A stretch of 32,000 nucleotides of DNA, taken from the NCBI RefSeq assembly GCF_037902255.1, contig NZ_CP147990.1:1590001-1622000 (forward strand), in the 5' to 3' direction. The notes beneath the pieces were generated by a model. The model saw nothing but the letters and a program-made list of their open reading frames with translations, was not told the DNA's origin and searched no databases. This document shows, one piece after another, positions 18,692 to 26,965 of this stretch (the stretch's first letter is position 1; each line of letters starts with the position of its first letter). The position numbers and the translations under genes were made by a program. The stretch is from Candidatus Electrothrix sp. GW3-4 (GTDB taxonomy: Bacteria; Desulfobacterota; Desulfobulbia; Desulfobulbales; Desulfobulbaceae).

Positions 18692-20110
18692 TTAGGGAGA
18701 TTGTTTGTGCAGCAAGTCGGGAATTGTTTCCATTTCTTTTTCAACAGTATCTAGGAGATCACTTAACTTTTTTTCCTCATAGGAGGTTCTGCAAAACCCA
18801 ATAGTTATAGTGAGGGAATTGGCAAATCGCGTTGCGCCGATGAGGAGTAGAGGTGCATATACAACCGGTGCGCTCATAAAGGCGTCCGTTATTTCAAGTT
18901 CACCGAACTCCATATCCTTCCGGTCAAGAAGCCCCATGTTGGTAAACCAAGGGGGGGGGGCTTTCGAACCCAAGAAGCGGTTCAGCCTTAAAACGAAATT
19001 GTGAAATCCTCGTGCCAACGAAATTGGCAACCACTGTATCCTGAATATTGATTTTCTGGTGAGATGAAGACCAAAATAATTTTGTTTGTGGATCGTCATT
19101 TGTCTATGAACGAAAGATATTGTTTCCTCCAAGGTATCACCGAGATGCGTACCTATGTTCAGTAGGAACAGGTTAGCAAGATTGGTCACAGCCTCACCTC
19201 GGCGACCAGGAAGGTAACGGCGCAAATTTATAGTCACACCTAGCCGAAGCGGTGTCTTAAAATCCGGCTGAAGTATTTTATAAAGTCCGCGAAAGAGACA
19301 GGCCGTGAGAATATCGTTAACAGTGAAACCATGATGCGCGGCATATTGCTTGACCGGCCTGAACTGGTCACCAGAAATTCGGCGGATGAGAAAAGTTCGG
19401 TCAATAGTAGATTGCGGCAGAATAAAAGGAAATACCCAGTTTTTCCTGGGATAAAGATCGTCGAACCAGTTCCAAAGACTCAAGCGCAGGATTTTTAGTT
19501 TATCAGACAGATGAAGAAATTCTGTAACCTGTTCATACGAGCGTCTTCCTGTAAGATTTATTTGCGGTTTGAATGCAGCATCTCTCCCGATATTTCGGTA
19601 AATGAAGGCAAGAAGTCGGATGTATTCTTTTAATCCTCCGGCATCGGAAACTATATGATTCGCTTTTATACAAAGGATGTCTGACTCGGCTCGGAAAATA
19701 TGGATTTGGACCATTGGGTCGTTATAAGGATCATAGGGAGCAACCATATAGTTGATGAGAGCTTTTTCTGGACGATCAGTCTTCGTCACTCGACAAAATT
19801 CGAGCTTGTTAATGTCCTCTCGCCGTCGCCAAAACTGACGCCATCTGTTTTCAACAAGCTGGCAGCCCAGTACCGGTTCAGCATCCATGGACAGGCGGAC
19901 TGCTTTTGATAAGCGAACCTGATCAAGTTGACTGGCAAAAGTTATAACGCAATGAAGCTGTAGATCACAAATATGGCGGTTGACAGGAAGCGCCCTATCT
20001 CCTTTAACGGTTTTATACCGCAGAGGAACTGTCCGTAAATAATCTCGATCAACTGAGCGATTGACTTTTTTAGCCCTCTTCATGACTCCCCATGTACGGA
20101 TGATGTTCAC
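18692..20110 (-). CDS. Stand-alone condensation-domain-like acyltransferase (CAT/NRPS-C/PapA5/WS-DGAT superfamily)
   Basis: The protein is 472 aa. The motif NHIVSDAGG (verified at nt 19660-19634) fits the HHxxxDG acyltransfer signature with the first His replaced by Asn. No adenylation or carrier domain is fused to it. Confidence 0.55.
   Translation of the reverse strand: MNIIRTWGVMKRAKKVNRSVDRDYLRTVPLRYKTVKGDRALPVNRHICDLQLHCVITFASQLDQVRLSKAVRLSMDAEPVLGCQLVENRWRQFWRRREDINKLEFCRVTKTDRPEKALINYMVAPYDPYNDPMVQIHIFRAESDILCIKANHIVSDAGGLKEYIRLLAFIYRNIGRDAAFKPQINLTGRRSYEQVTEFLHLSDKLKILRLSLWNWFDDLYPRKNWVFPFILPQSTIDRTFLIRRISGDQFRPVKQYAAHHGFTVNDILTACLFRGLYKILQPDFKTPLRLGVTINLRRYLPGRRGEAVTNLANLFLLNIGTHLGDTLEETISFVHRQMTIHKQNYFGLHLTRKSIFRIQWLPISLARGFHNFVLRLNRFLGSKAPPPWFTNMGLLDRKDMEFGELEITDAFMSAPVVYAPLLLIGATRFANSLTITIGFCRTSYEEKKLSDLLDTVEKEMETIPDLLHKQSP
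18941..18950. repeat. G10 (C10 on the coding strand) homopolymer inside the acyltransferase CDS
   Basis: Counted directly: ccaa + 10 G + cttt. On the minus strand it reads GCC CCC CCC CCT TGG, which encodes A-P-P-P-W (..SKAPPPWFTN..). The tract is in frame in this assembly. Confidence 0.95.
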
Positions 20111-20198
20111 AGCACGTCAAACTCACCGAAAAGCCTGTTCATGCAGATGAATGGTGTGTTTTGCCAGCAGGGGTTAGGTTGCACAAGACCTGTACCGG

Positions 20199-20921
20199 TC
20201 ATAAGATATTGGCACCCCCGTCAACCAGCCAGACACTGCCTGTCACATAGGTTGCTTCCAGCTGGGCCCATACCACTTGAGCAACTTCTTCGGCTCGACC
20301 ATAGCGTTGCAGGGGAATGATCTGCTCCAGCATGGTCCTTCGTCTCGCAAGTTCCTCTTTACTGCGCCCTGTTTTTGCTGCCAAGGGCGTATCAATGGCA
20401 CCAGGGGCAACGGCATTAACGCGAATCTTTTTCGGGGCCAGTTCCAAGGCAAGGCTTCGGGTGGTGGCTTCCAGGGCCCCCTTGGTTGCAGCGTAAAGTG
20501 AACCGTTGAGCAGTCCCCTGTTAACGGCTATGGAAGAAATATTGGTGATGCGTCCCTGTCTTTTTTCCAAAGCCGGTAAGACTTCTCGGATTAATTCCAA
20601 GGGACCTCGAATATTGGTGTTGAAAAAAAATGAATAGTCAGAAGGGGATAATCTACTTAACGGAATAAACTTCGCTATGGCAGCATTGTTTATCAAGACA
20701 TCTAAACCCTCATCCTGAAACGGAAGGGACAAACGCTTAATATCATCAAGTTTAGCCATATCGGCAAGTATATATTCAACCCCTATCTCCGCAGCAGCTC
20801 TCTTTACCCTGTCCCTGTGACGACCGGATATAACAACCGAATATCCCTTTTTCTTTAACAAAGTAGCTGTTGCGTAACCGATGCCGGAGTTGCCACCTGT
20901 TATCAAAGCTGTTTTTTTCAT
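20199..20921 (-). CDS. Short-chain dehydrogenase/reductase (classical SDR)
   Basis: The protein has TGGNSGIGYA (the TGxxxGxG motif), NNAA, and the Ser...YAATK catalytic motif. It is 240 aa long. Confidence 0.9.
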   Translation of the reverse strand: MKKTALITGGNSGIGYATATLLKKKGYSVVISGRHRDRVKRAAAEIGVEYILADMAKLDDIKRLSLPFQDEGLDVLINNAAIAKFIPLSRLSPSDYSFFFNTNIRGPLELIREVLPALEKRQGRITNISSIAVNRGLLNGSLYAATKGALEATTRSLALELAPKKIRVNAVAPGAIDTPLAAKTGRSKEELARRRTMLEQIIPLQRYGRAEEVAQVVWAQLEATYVTGSVWLVDGGANIL

Positions 20922-20996
20922 TTTATACCCGTTTTTTCTCAGGACTATAAGTCTATGGAAACTTCATGATGTAGCTGAGTGCTTAATGAGAAGAGT

Positions 20997-22037
20997 TTAC
21001 GCAGGTTTTCTCCCTGTAATAATAGACCAGTCACCAAAACCGGTCTTTTGGGCTTTTATATCTATAAACCCTACGGTTCTCAGCAGCTCGTTGAGTTCTT
21101 TTGCGGAAAACTGTTGTCCTTTTGCCCACAACAACATGAATATATTATAGGCAGCCACTGGATAGGGACCTGTCTTGTCATCATCAAAGAGCATTTCATG
21201 GATAATAATCCGACCTCCAGGTTTAAGGCTTTCAAAGCTTTTTTCTGTAAGAAATGTACATTGTTTCGGCGTCCAATCATGGAAAATATCACTGTAAAAA
21301 TGTAGATCCGCCTCAGGAAAATTATCTTGCCACATATCGCCAGCATAAGTTCTAATTTTGTCTTGTAGGCGAAATTTGTTGATAAATTCTTTAGCGACAT
21401 CACAAACTACAGCTCTGTCATAAACAATCGCTTGTAATCTGGGCCAGGAAAGAACTGCCCCGATGGAATGCGCTCCTGAGCCCCCCCCAACATCTAACAT
21501 GCATATGTTATCAGTAAGGTCTACAATAGAAGGCCAAGCAGAAGCAGGCCCCATGCTTTTACAGTGCATTGATTTGGTGAACCCCTTAGCGAATTCTGCT
21601 TTCTTTTCATTGGTCTCAAAAAGATCTTCACCTCCATACACTTGGGCTCTATTGGTCATAAGGGCCTTTTTAAAACTTTCAAACGAATAGACCTCACTCA
21701 ACTGCCACCCCCTGTCCAGAATGCTGCCAAAATACGTCGGGCTTTCCTCAAGGAGATAATCTTTTGATATATCGGTCAGAGTATAACGTTTTTCTTTGGT
21801 GAGACCTATGAAGTTTTGACTTACCAGCATAGACAGCATGGCTTGGGCGGCACGAGGAGCAATATTGTATTCCTCGCAAATTTCTACAATGCTTAAGGGT
21901 TTCTTTGAAAGCAATTTAAATAGGTTCATATTATGGGCAACAAACAAGGCTTGTGCCCCTGCAAGGCCATATAAAACATTCAGCAAGGGGCTATCGTCTA
22001 CGCAGGGTTTTTGAATATTTGAAATTTCAAATTTCAA
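20997..22037 (-). CDS. SAM-dependent O-methyltransferase (family-2 type with an N-terminal dimerisation/winged-helix domain)
   Basis: The SAM motif is LDVGGGSGAHS, and the catalytic-base context is SDIFHDW. The overall length (346 aa) and N-terminal helical domain are typical of small-molecule OMTs. Confidence 0.8.
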   Translation of the reverse strand: MKFEISNIQKPCVDDSPLLNVLYGLAGAQALFVAHNMNLFKLLSKKPLSIVEICEEYNIAPRAAQAMLSMLVSQNFIGLTKEKRYTLTDISKDYLLEESPTYFGSILDRGWQLSEVYSFESFKKALMTNRAQVYGGEDLFETNEKKAEFAKGFTKSMHCKSMGPASAWPSIVDLTDNICMLDVGGGSGAHSIGAVLSWPRLQAIVYDRAVVCDVAKEFINKFRLQDKIRTYAGDMWQDNFPEADLHFYSDIFHDWTPKQCTFLTEKSFESLKPGGRIIIHEMLFDDDKTGPYPVAAYNIFMLLWAKGQQFSAKELNELLRTVGFIDIKAQKTGFGDWSIITGRKPA

Positions 22038-22065
22038 GGAATTTCACCTGTAATTATAATAAGAT

Positions 22066-22932
22066 TTATAAAATATTTTTTTGCTGGCTACTGCTTGCCT
22101 GCGGTACCGGCCGAGGCATTTTCCCCTGGTAGTCAATATCCCCGCACCGAAGAGGGAAAAAAGTTTCAGGTGGCGAATCGTTTGCTTCTGTATAACAGGC
22201 AAGAACTCCAGCATGTACGACAGGACTCAATAAACGATAGATTTCTATAGATGTTAGTCCTTGATCCGATAGAAATGCGCACCGATATCCGCCGATATTC
22301 ATGCGTTCATTAAATTTTTCAATCAATACTTCCTCAATCTCATATGCTAAAGCAAGATGTTCTCCAACTTCGAATCCGAGATTCTTTGTGACCCGTTCCA
22401 TAGCAGGAACCCTCTCGTCTCCAATAGCTAATGGTCTAATATAGCCTATAATTTTTGGAGAGGAAGAAGGGGTTCTCTGTTTTTCAGCAATGATTTCTTC
22501 AACCGATATGCCTTTCTTTTTTTTTGTTAAGGCAGTTGTAATAAATTTCGTTGCCTCCATTGTCGTTCTCGGGCCATACATAATGGAATCCGAAGCCAGT
22601 ATTCCGGCTCCAACAGCGGCAAGCGGCGATGTCTGCATGGTACCTGCTAAACTGCCAGCTTGGTTACACCAGATGCGGGGATCTGGCCAGCTCAAGCAGA
22701 TAAAGTAAGCTTCGAGCCAGTCGGTCAATTTTCGTTTGGGCAGGCGACCGGTCACATTAAGAAATAAGACCTGGAAAAAGGAAGCCGTTCCAACGAGGTC
22801 ATCCAGCATGGAATAACCATGGTTATGGATAGCTTCGTTGATGACCCAGCCGCCTTTTTTTGTGTGGATAAAGCCACGACGGCTGTCCCAGAAAGAAGTG
22901 TCATTTTTTACGGGCTTGTTCTGCAATGACAT
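22066..22932 (-). CDS. Citrate synthase / citryl-CoA lyase-fold protein, divergent paralogue B
   Basis: The sequence HGYSMLDDLVGTASFFQVLFLNVTGRLPKRKLTDWLEA matches the family N-terminal pattern GYD..L...SF.E..YLLL.G.LP. Later segments align by eye to the PLHG, PGYGH..DPR and NVD regions, but the catalytic residues are substituted (see finding). Confidence 0.55.
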   Translation of the reverse strand: MSLQNKPVKNDTSFWDSRRGFIHTKKGGWVINEAIHNHGYSMLDDLVGTASFFQVLFLNVTGRLPKRKLTDWLEAYFICLSWPDPRIWCNQAGSLAGTMQTSPLAAVGAGILASDSIMYGPRTTMEATKFITTALTKKKKGISVEEIIAEKQRTPSSSPKIIGYIRPLAIGDERVPAMERVTKNLGFEVGEHLALAYEIEEVLIEKFNERMNIGGYRCAFLSDQGLTSIEIYRLLSPVVHAGVLACYTEANDSPPETFFPLRCGDIDYQGKMPRPVPQASSSQQKNIL

Positions 22933-23728
22933 AATGTTCCTCGTCTAAAAACGGCATAGCGGTTTTAGGTTTATTTGCCAATTCAAGGCCATGTGCCAAA
23001 ATTCCTGGTGCCCGGAGAATTTGAAAGAGCCCTGCCCCGGACCGGGGATGAAAGCCGAGATCACAAAATACTGCGGCAGCAAGACCGGTATCCAGCCAGC
23101 CCATCCCTTGCGGACGAAGTGCTGCAGCAAACTTTTGGCCCCATTTGATAACCTTACCCGCTGCGGAAAATCCAGCCAAAAGGTCGGCAAGCTGTTGCGG
23201 TAGAGGATCAATACCACTGAACCGGCTTCCAAAACCCGGCGCTACATGCCAATCACCCTCATCAGGTCGAGAAAAGGATAACAATTCATCCGCATGTTCC
23301 GTTGTATTTTTTTTAGAATTTTTCCATAAAAATCGCATGGCTGCCGAGACTTCTTCTCCGCCAAGGTATGCTCCACTTAGCACGGCCAGGCCGGTGGGGA
23401 GGATATGGGCTGGGTTAGCCTTACCTACTGCTGCATTCATGGATGCCCTAGTTGCCGGATGTCGGGGGCCGGGATTAACCAGTGCGATCATCAACCGTTC
23501 AAGGAGTTGGGCCTGATTTGGGTCCGGCAGCTCTCCCTGAAACAAGAGAAACAATACATCAACAAAGGAACGTTTTTTTGCCAGTTCCAAAATATCATAG
23601 CCATGGCATCGGCATTTTTCGGCCAGATAGGGATTTTCCGGTAAGGGTTCTTCCTGCCAGATCCTGGTAACTGTGCGGTCGGTGAATTGCTCGTCTCTTT
23701 TGCGCACCTGGAATTTTTGTTTGGTCAT
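22901..23728 (-). CDS. Citrate synthase / citryl-CoA lyase-fold protein, divergent paralogue A
   Basis: Family-like segments are CHGYDILELAKKRSFVDVLFLLFQGELPDPNQAQLLE, APGFGSRFSGIDPLPQQL, GWLDTGLAAAVFCDLGF and FQILRAPGILAHGLE. Its TGA at 22903-22901 lies 32 nt inside paralogue B, whose ATG is at 22932. Confidence 0.6.
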   Translation of the reverse strand: MTKQKFQVRKRDEQFTDRTVTRIWQEEPLPENPYLAEKCRCHGYDILELAKKRSFVDVLFLLFQGELPDPNQAQLLERLMIALVNPGPRHPATRASMNAAVGKANPAHILPTGLAVLSGAYLGGEEVSAAMRFLWKNSKKNTTEHADELLSFSRPDEGDWHVAPGFGSRFSGIDPLPQQLADLLAGFSAAGKVIKWGQKFAAALRPQGMGWLDTGLAAAVFCDLGFHPRSGAGLFQILRAPGILAHGLELANKPKTAMPFLDEEHYVIAEQARKK

Positions 23729-23792
23729 TTTTCTCGCTACCTATCTAGATTATGATGTTTTTGTCAATGACAGGTCGTTGTTAGCTGAGTCG

Positions 23793-25988
23793 TCAAAAAT
23801 GATATATCAACTCTGCATAAAGAGACCTGCTCTCCATCGGTATGTCATAGGGAATATCCGATGGAGTCGGTTCGCGAATATTTTCATTGAGGAGATTACG
23901 AACCCCAACTGCTAAGTTGATGTGTTTGGTGATTTTTTTTCTTTGTATCATCATGTTAACGAGACTATAATTATTGATTTCCTCCCGGTCGTCATTTTCC
24001 GCTCTTTGGCGGTCGCCAATCCAATAATATTGGGCATTGAGATACCAATCCGGCATAAAATTCCAGTTTCCGTTGAGATAGAACTGAATCCCTGGTGCAT
24101 CGGCGACAAGGGCATCTGTATCTTTATCCTTGGACCGTTGATAGGCTAAATTAGTATTTATCTTGAAGGAGGGAGTTAATTCCCATTCCAGCTCGATCTC
24201 AACCCCCTGTCCCTTTTGATTGATAGCGTTTTGTGCAGTTTCGGTGGTAGCCGGAGCTGGGTCGGCAACGTAATCAATGAGCCCGTCAATATCATAGGCA
24301 AAGAGGCTTACAATTGTTCTCAGAGAATGGATGGGGCTGTAGTCAAAGGCAAGCTCATAGGTGTCAATGGTTTCAGGATCAAGATCAGGATTACCCAAAA
24401 AGATTGGATTGTTTTCCAAGTAACTTTCCGCGAAAGAAGGGGGGCGAAATGCATGGCCGTACATAAGCTTGCTGGTCAGATCGTAGCGTGTTTCCCAGAC
24501 CAGAGCGATGCGCGGATTAACCGTATTTCCGAAATCACTGTAATGATCGTAACGTACTCCGGCAGTAAGCTCCCAGTCTTTAGCAAAAGACCATTCATCC
24601 TGGAGAGAGGCATAGAGAACCGTACGGTTTTGATCGGGCATAAATATGTCCTTATCATTTACTGTTGGTCCTATTAATTTTCCATCCGTACTCACGGTGA
24701 GCTCATCGTTGTCTAGAACGCCCGGACCGAAATTTTTGTACTCTTCAGTTGTTTCATCCTGTATTTTTCCTCCAATGCCTATACGCCAGTTCTGCCGGTT
24801 CCACCCATCGTATTTCGTGATAGCATCAAATGTCAGCTGTTGGTCAATAAGAATCGGTTCACCAAGCATACCATCGGTAAAAGTCGTGACTCCTGCTGTT
24901 AGTGAGGTAAAGAGGTTCCCGTCAGCACCGATGGCAACGGTTGATCCGGGTGGTAGAAGTTGGTATAGGACATCATCCTTACGGTAGAGATAGCTCAATT
25001 GCAAGGTGAGACCAAGATTATTGGTCAGCTCATCATCACTCCAAGTTATATCACCTAAAATTTGATCGTTGTTCACCCTGGTTTCTGGCCCTAAGGCCCC
25101 TGCACTGCCGGTCCCCCCTTCATAATCATTCAGGAACCAACCCCAGAGACGAATTGTCCAGTTTTTGCGATTGAAGTTCGCCATGAGATTGTAATTCTCA
25201 AAATCAGTATGCAAGGGACCTGGTGCCAAGGAGGCATTGGTGCCAAAGATCTGATCCAGCTTTGTCTGGAGGTCGGCGTCTATGATCCGTTTATCGTCAC
25301 TGCCACCTCGCCAGTACTCTATTCCGATGCCAACGTCCCAGCCTTTGTACCGCCCTCCGTGTTGTCCCCAAACATCCAGGCCGTCAAAGGAAGAGATGCG
25401 GACACCGGTATACATTCCTTCGACTTCAAAGCGGTCCTTAGTGATAATATTAATAGTGCCAGCAAAGGCGTCAGCACCGTAGAGGGCAGATCCTGGTCCT
25501 CGTACGACTTCAATACGAGATATCATGGAGACAGGAAGGCGAAAGCCTGATGGACGGCTACCGTTATATGGTTTGGTAAAGGGAATGCCGTTCATCAAGA
25601 CTAAGACTTGGGGATTCAGGCTGGTATGGATGCCGCGTATGGAATAGATAGGGTCAAGATGGACATAGGACGGTGTCACATGGAGCCCCGGCACAGTTTC
25701 CAGTACCTCATCCAGGGTGGTGGCACCAAGTTTTTCGATATCCTCCGCTGTGATGACCGAGGCCACAGAAGGGGCGAGGTAGACAGGCTTCAGGCTACCC
25801 GTTGCTGTGAGCAAAAGACGATCATTCCGGTAGACATCCTCTTCCTGGGGGCCCTGTCCGAACATATCTTCAAAGGCCTGAACTTCTTCCTCGCTTATCA
25901 GAGAATTTTCGTTCTCTGATTTGGCGTTTCCTCGCGTATAATTTAATAAGAGGAGGAAAATAACGATAGCGACAGTTATTTTGTCCAT
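23793..25988 (-). CDS. TonB-dependent outer-membrane receptor
   Basis: A signal peptide is followed by a TonB-box-like DRLLLTATG and a plug domain (VITAEDIEKLGATTLDEVLETVPGLHV...IEVVRGPGSALYGADAFAGTINIITK). A long beta-barrel ends in YAELIYHF, with a terminal aromatic residue. Confidence 0.9.
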   Translation of the reverse strand: MDKITVAIVIFLLLLNYTRGNAKSENENSLISEEEVQAFEDMFGQGPQEEDVYRNDRLLLTATGSLKPVYLAPSVASVITAEDIEKLGATTLDEVLETVPGLHVTPSYVHLDPIYSIRGIHTSLNPQVLVLMNGIPFTKPYNGSRPSGFRLPVSMISRIEVVRGPGSALYGADAFAGTINIITKDRFEVEGMYTGVRISSFDGLDVWGQHGGRYKGWDVGIGIEYWRGGSDDKRIIDADLQTKLDQIFGTNASLAPGPLHTDFENYNLMANFNRKNWTIRLWGWFLNDYEGGTGSAGALGPETRVNNDQILGDITWSDDELTNNLGLTLQLSYLYRKDDVLYQLLPPGSTVAIGADGNLFTSLTAGVTTFTDGMLGEPILIDQQLTFDAITKYDGWNRQNWRIGIGGKIQDETTEEYKNFGPGVLDNDELTVSTDGKLIGPTVNDKDIFMPDQNRTVLYASLQDEWSFAKDWELTAGVRYDHYSDFGNTVNPRIALVWETRYDLTSKLMYGHAFRPPSFAESYLENNPIFLGNPDLDPETIDTYELAFDYSPIHSLRTIVSLFAYDIDGLIDYVADPAPATTETAQNAINQKGQGVEIELEWELTPSFKINTNLAYQRSKDKDTDALVADAPGIQFYLNGNWNFMPDWYLNAQYYWIGDRQRAENDDREEINNYSLVNMMIQRKKITKHINLAVGVRNLLNENIREPTPSDIPYDIPMESRSLYAELIYHF

Positions 25989-26014
25989 ATTTTTTCTCCC
26001 TTATCCTGTAAATT

Positions 26015-26965
26015 TCAATCAATGATTTGTGTCGCCATATCAAGGGAAGCTTGGCGGAGTTTCAGTCCTATACGTTGAGCGGTCGTCTGGTTAATGATAA
26101 TCTGCGTCCCCAAAGGGGCCATCACCCCGATAAGATCCGGGCGTTGATGACGGTTGATGATATTTTTTGCCATTGAGGCTGCCTGTGAACCGATATCGCT
26201 GATATCTGGGTTAATGGAAAGTACAAGACCGTGTTCAGCGATGTTTTTTGACTGACCGATACAGGGTAATTTTCCCTTGATACAGCGTGTATTAAGCCAA
26301 TCCATATTGTCGAGAGTGTAGAGAACTGGGTCGTTCAGAACAAAAAAGGCATCAATTTTTCGCCTGATCTTTTTGAAATGAAGTTTAAAATCCGTTGGCC
26401 GGTCGATTTCCTTACCGTACAGTTCAATGTTGAAAATCTCAGCGGCTTCTTTGGCCCGTTGCAGTGTCTCACGGCTGTATGAGCTGTATATCACTCCTAT
26501 TCGTTTGATACCAGGAGACAGTATTGTAATATTCGCAAACTTTGTCCCAGGAGCTATTTCGGCGGCAATGCCAGCCATATTTTTCTGATCAAGGAGGTTA
26601 TATCTCTTCCAATTCAAGACCATAGCAAAGAGCACCGGGATTTCCTGATACTCTCTGGTCCAGAGTTTGGCCGTAAAGGCTGCTTTGGCGCCTAAGGCAA
26701 ATATTAATCGAGGATGGATAGAGAGGAGTTTCTCTTTCAGCAGAGGATCCTTTTTTATATCACCTTGCAAATTAAAGAGAGACACAGGGGAGTCAATTTC
26801 AGCACGAAATGCCTCCACCGGTTCGTTATAAACGGAATCATTATCGGAGAGCAGGACGGCTACCGGAGGGGGATTGTCAGCAGCATGAAGTAATACCGGC
26901 AGTAACCCGTAGATAACCGACAGGGCAAGTGTAATTATTTTAGCGCGAATAGTTATGCCATGCAT
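26015..26965 (-). CDS. Periplasmic binding protein of the ABC_sub_bind type
   Basis: I prefer the ATG at 26965, which gives the signal peptide MHGITIRAKIITLALSVIYGLLPVLLHA. The pattern PVAVLLSD...IFALGAKAAFTAK...IPVLFAMV...NMAGIAAEI...IKRIGVIYSS fits this family. Confidence 0.6.
   Translation of the reverse strand: MHGITIRAKIITLALSVIYGLLPVLLHAADNPPPVAVLLSDNDSVYNEPVEAFRAEIDSPVSLFNLQGDIKKDPLLKEKLLSIHPRLIFALGAKAAFTAKLWTREYQEIPVLFAMVLNWKRYNLLDQKNMAGIAAEIAPGTKFANITILSPGIKRIGVIYSSYSRETLQRAKEAAEIFNIELYGKEIDRPTDFKLHFKKIRRKIDAFFVLNDPVLYTLDNMDWLNTRCIKGKLPCIGQSKNIAEHGLVLSINPDISDIGSQAASMAKNIINRHQRPDLIGVMAPLGTQIIINQTTAQRIGLKLRQASLDMATQIID

Noticed and set aside
22901-22932. The 32-nt overlap read as a frameshift splitting one citrate-synthase-like gene
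   Set aside because: Each ORF independently contains the N-terminal GY(D/S)..L..SF..LP motif and the later family segments. They are two full-length paralogues, not halves of one gene.
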